Shown: piece by piece, positions 62,539-64,000 of the stretch | Layout: every line of letters begins with the position of its first letter | Numbering within the stretch: the first letter of the stretch is position 1 | From: Takakia lepidozioides | Lineage: Eukaryota; Plantae; Bryophyta | DNA length: 64,000 nt | Reading direction: 5' to 3' | Assembly (NCBI GenBank): GCA_030704615.1 | Contig: CM060733.1 | Coordinates: 13,578,001-13,642,000 of the forward strand | Translations under genes and position numbers: made by a program | The notes under the pieces: model-generated | The model's input: the letters and a program-made list of their open reading frames with translations, nothing else | Told to the model about the DNA's origin: nothing | The model's database searches: none

Positions 62539-64000
62539 CATGTCCGGAAACGTTGCTTCGAACGCAGTGTCAAGGGGTTCCTCGGGAAGTGGGCGTAAAG
62601 GTAGGAAGCGTAAACATGCACATGAACGGGATAGTCAGGTCAACAAAAAAGACTATCCAAGCGTAGAGGCCGCGAAGGTGGTGAAACAAGTAGTGCTGGA
62701 TTATTTGAAGGACAATGACATAATGCGTTTGAATCTTTTGTATGTCCGACATGGGAATGAGGGGTTCCTTAGATTCCAGCACAATATAGAGATGAGAATG
62801 AGGGAGGCTTTGGCCGGGGATGAATGGGAGGAGGACATGGCGAAGTTCCAGTTTACGAAATTGATGGAGGATCGGGCCCATGATGCCAAATGGAATCTGA
62901 GGCAAACCATGGACAAGTTTGTTACGAGAACACCTGTAGCTGAAGGTCGCATGCCAACTTCGGAGGAGGAGTTGTTTGTGCTTGTGGATTGGTGGTCTGA
63001 CATGGCAAAGGCCCACTCCAAACGACGTACAAAATCACTCCCATGGAAGGCAGGGTCCTCGTCCGCGGATGCGGCATTGAACGTGAGATACATATCCACA
63101 AACGCACAGGTACAACAACTCGACGCGCCCAAACAGGGAGGGTATGGTACAATTCGGAGGGTTAGAATTGTTGATGATCAATTCATTCCTCCATCTTGGG
63201 AGCTAGCAGGGAAAACGCCCAGGGAAACAAATGTTGAGCTTGCCAAAGTCCAACATAACAATGAGGCGTTGGCTGTAAAGTTCCATCATTTCGGCATCAT
63301 AAAGTATTTTGCGTTGCATCCACGTCGAAATGAAGGTTACACACATTGGTGGAATGGGGGGACCATACGATCATGGTTGAGTATTGACAGGAAATGGGGG
63401 AATGATCGGGATAACATGGAGTTAATGGAACGACGGGGGACGGAGCAGGAAATGCAGGAGGTCAACCGACTGGTTCGATTCCGACAGAATCACACCCAAT
63501 TGGCATGGGCGCTTTTGCACATCATTCTCAACGTCCATAATCACCACCTCTTGCACAACGACATGTCCCCCGACAACATCTTGTTGCATTTTCCACAAAG
63601 GTCTGAAGATGTGTACATCGGGGTATGCGATTGGGGGATGGCCTCCACGACGGATGACCCAAAAACCACGGTTGTACATTTTCGAGAGCAGAGACAAGAT
63701 GATAAAGACTCTCGCACATAGATGGTGAATTGCACCTGAAATTGCAATTGTTCATAATGTAGCCAACAACCAGTCAGATGGCACACCTCGTAGGCCCCCT
63801 CTAACCGTGCCATCAGAGACCTTTGCAATTGGAAAGATAGCCCAGGCAATAAATGGGGGTAACACGTTCGATGCAAGTCTGTTCAACGATATGTCTACTG
63901 GAACCTGTTTTGCTTCCGCTCTGGAAAACTTGTGTGTAGACACAGTAGAGTTGCGGTACAAACTAGAAAATGTTGTGAAACGTTTCATGACGGGGCTATT
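62539..64000 (+). pseudogene. Intronless protein-kinase-like gene with a frameshift (~63665) and an in-frame stop (~63726); runs off the window end
   Basis: GGYGTI (G-loop), LAGK, HNNEAL, HNDMSPDNILL and VCDWG; after a +1 shift the frame reads RW*IAPEI..SETFAIGKI and stays open to 64000. Confidence 0.8.

Overview
Eukaryotic nuclear DNA, most consistent with an early-diverging land plant (bryophyte/lycophyte-like; inferred from gene content, intron style and TE types, species not identifiable). Exons were reconstructed by hand from GT/GC-AG junctions and reading frame. Five spliced host genes: COG7 (-, 10 exons) head-to-head with SRP receptor alpha (+, 10 exons); CCS1/ResB cytochrome c biogenesis (-, 8 exons) head-to-head with a membrane-anchored, Cys-rich PhoD-type phosphatase (+, 15 exons); and a very divergent double-AP2 (ANT/WRI-lineage) transcription factor (-, 8 coding exons including the 9-nt micro-exon). 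The rest is mostly mobile DNA: (i) a decayed non-LTR retrotransposon fragment carrying RNase H and a PCIF1/CAPAM-like adenine-methyltransferase-like domain (Dualen/RandI-like); (ii) a single-ORF APE-RT LINE family that sits at (CT)n/(CTGT)n tracts, only in introns, always in host-sense orientation, stacked head-to-tail (one full-length copy and about 9 truncated pieces); (iii) a young complete Ty1/copia with TSD, and an older copia relic with a half-tRNA primer site; (iv) hAT-like, Tourist, CACTA and TTAA/piggyBac-like non-autonomous DNA elements and two tRNA-derived SINE heads; (v) at the right edge, an intronless protein-kinase pseudogene behind an array of palindromic repeats, probably cargo of a large mobile element. 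The best novelty candidates are the retrotransposon-borne MTase-like domain, the intron- and microsatellite-targeting LINE system, and the kinase-carrying element.
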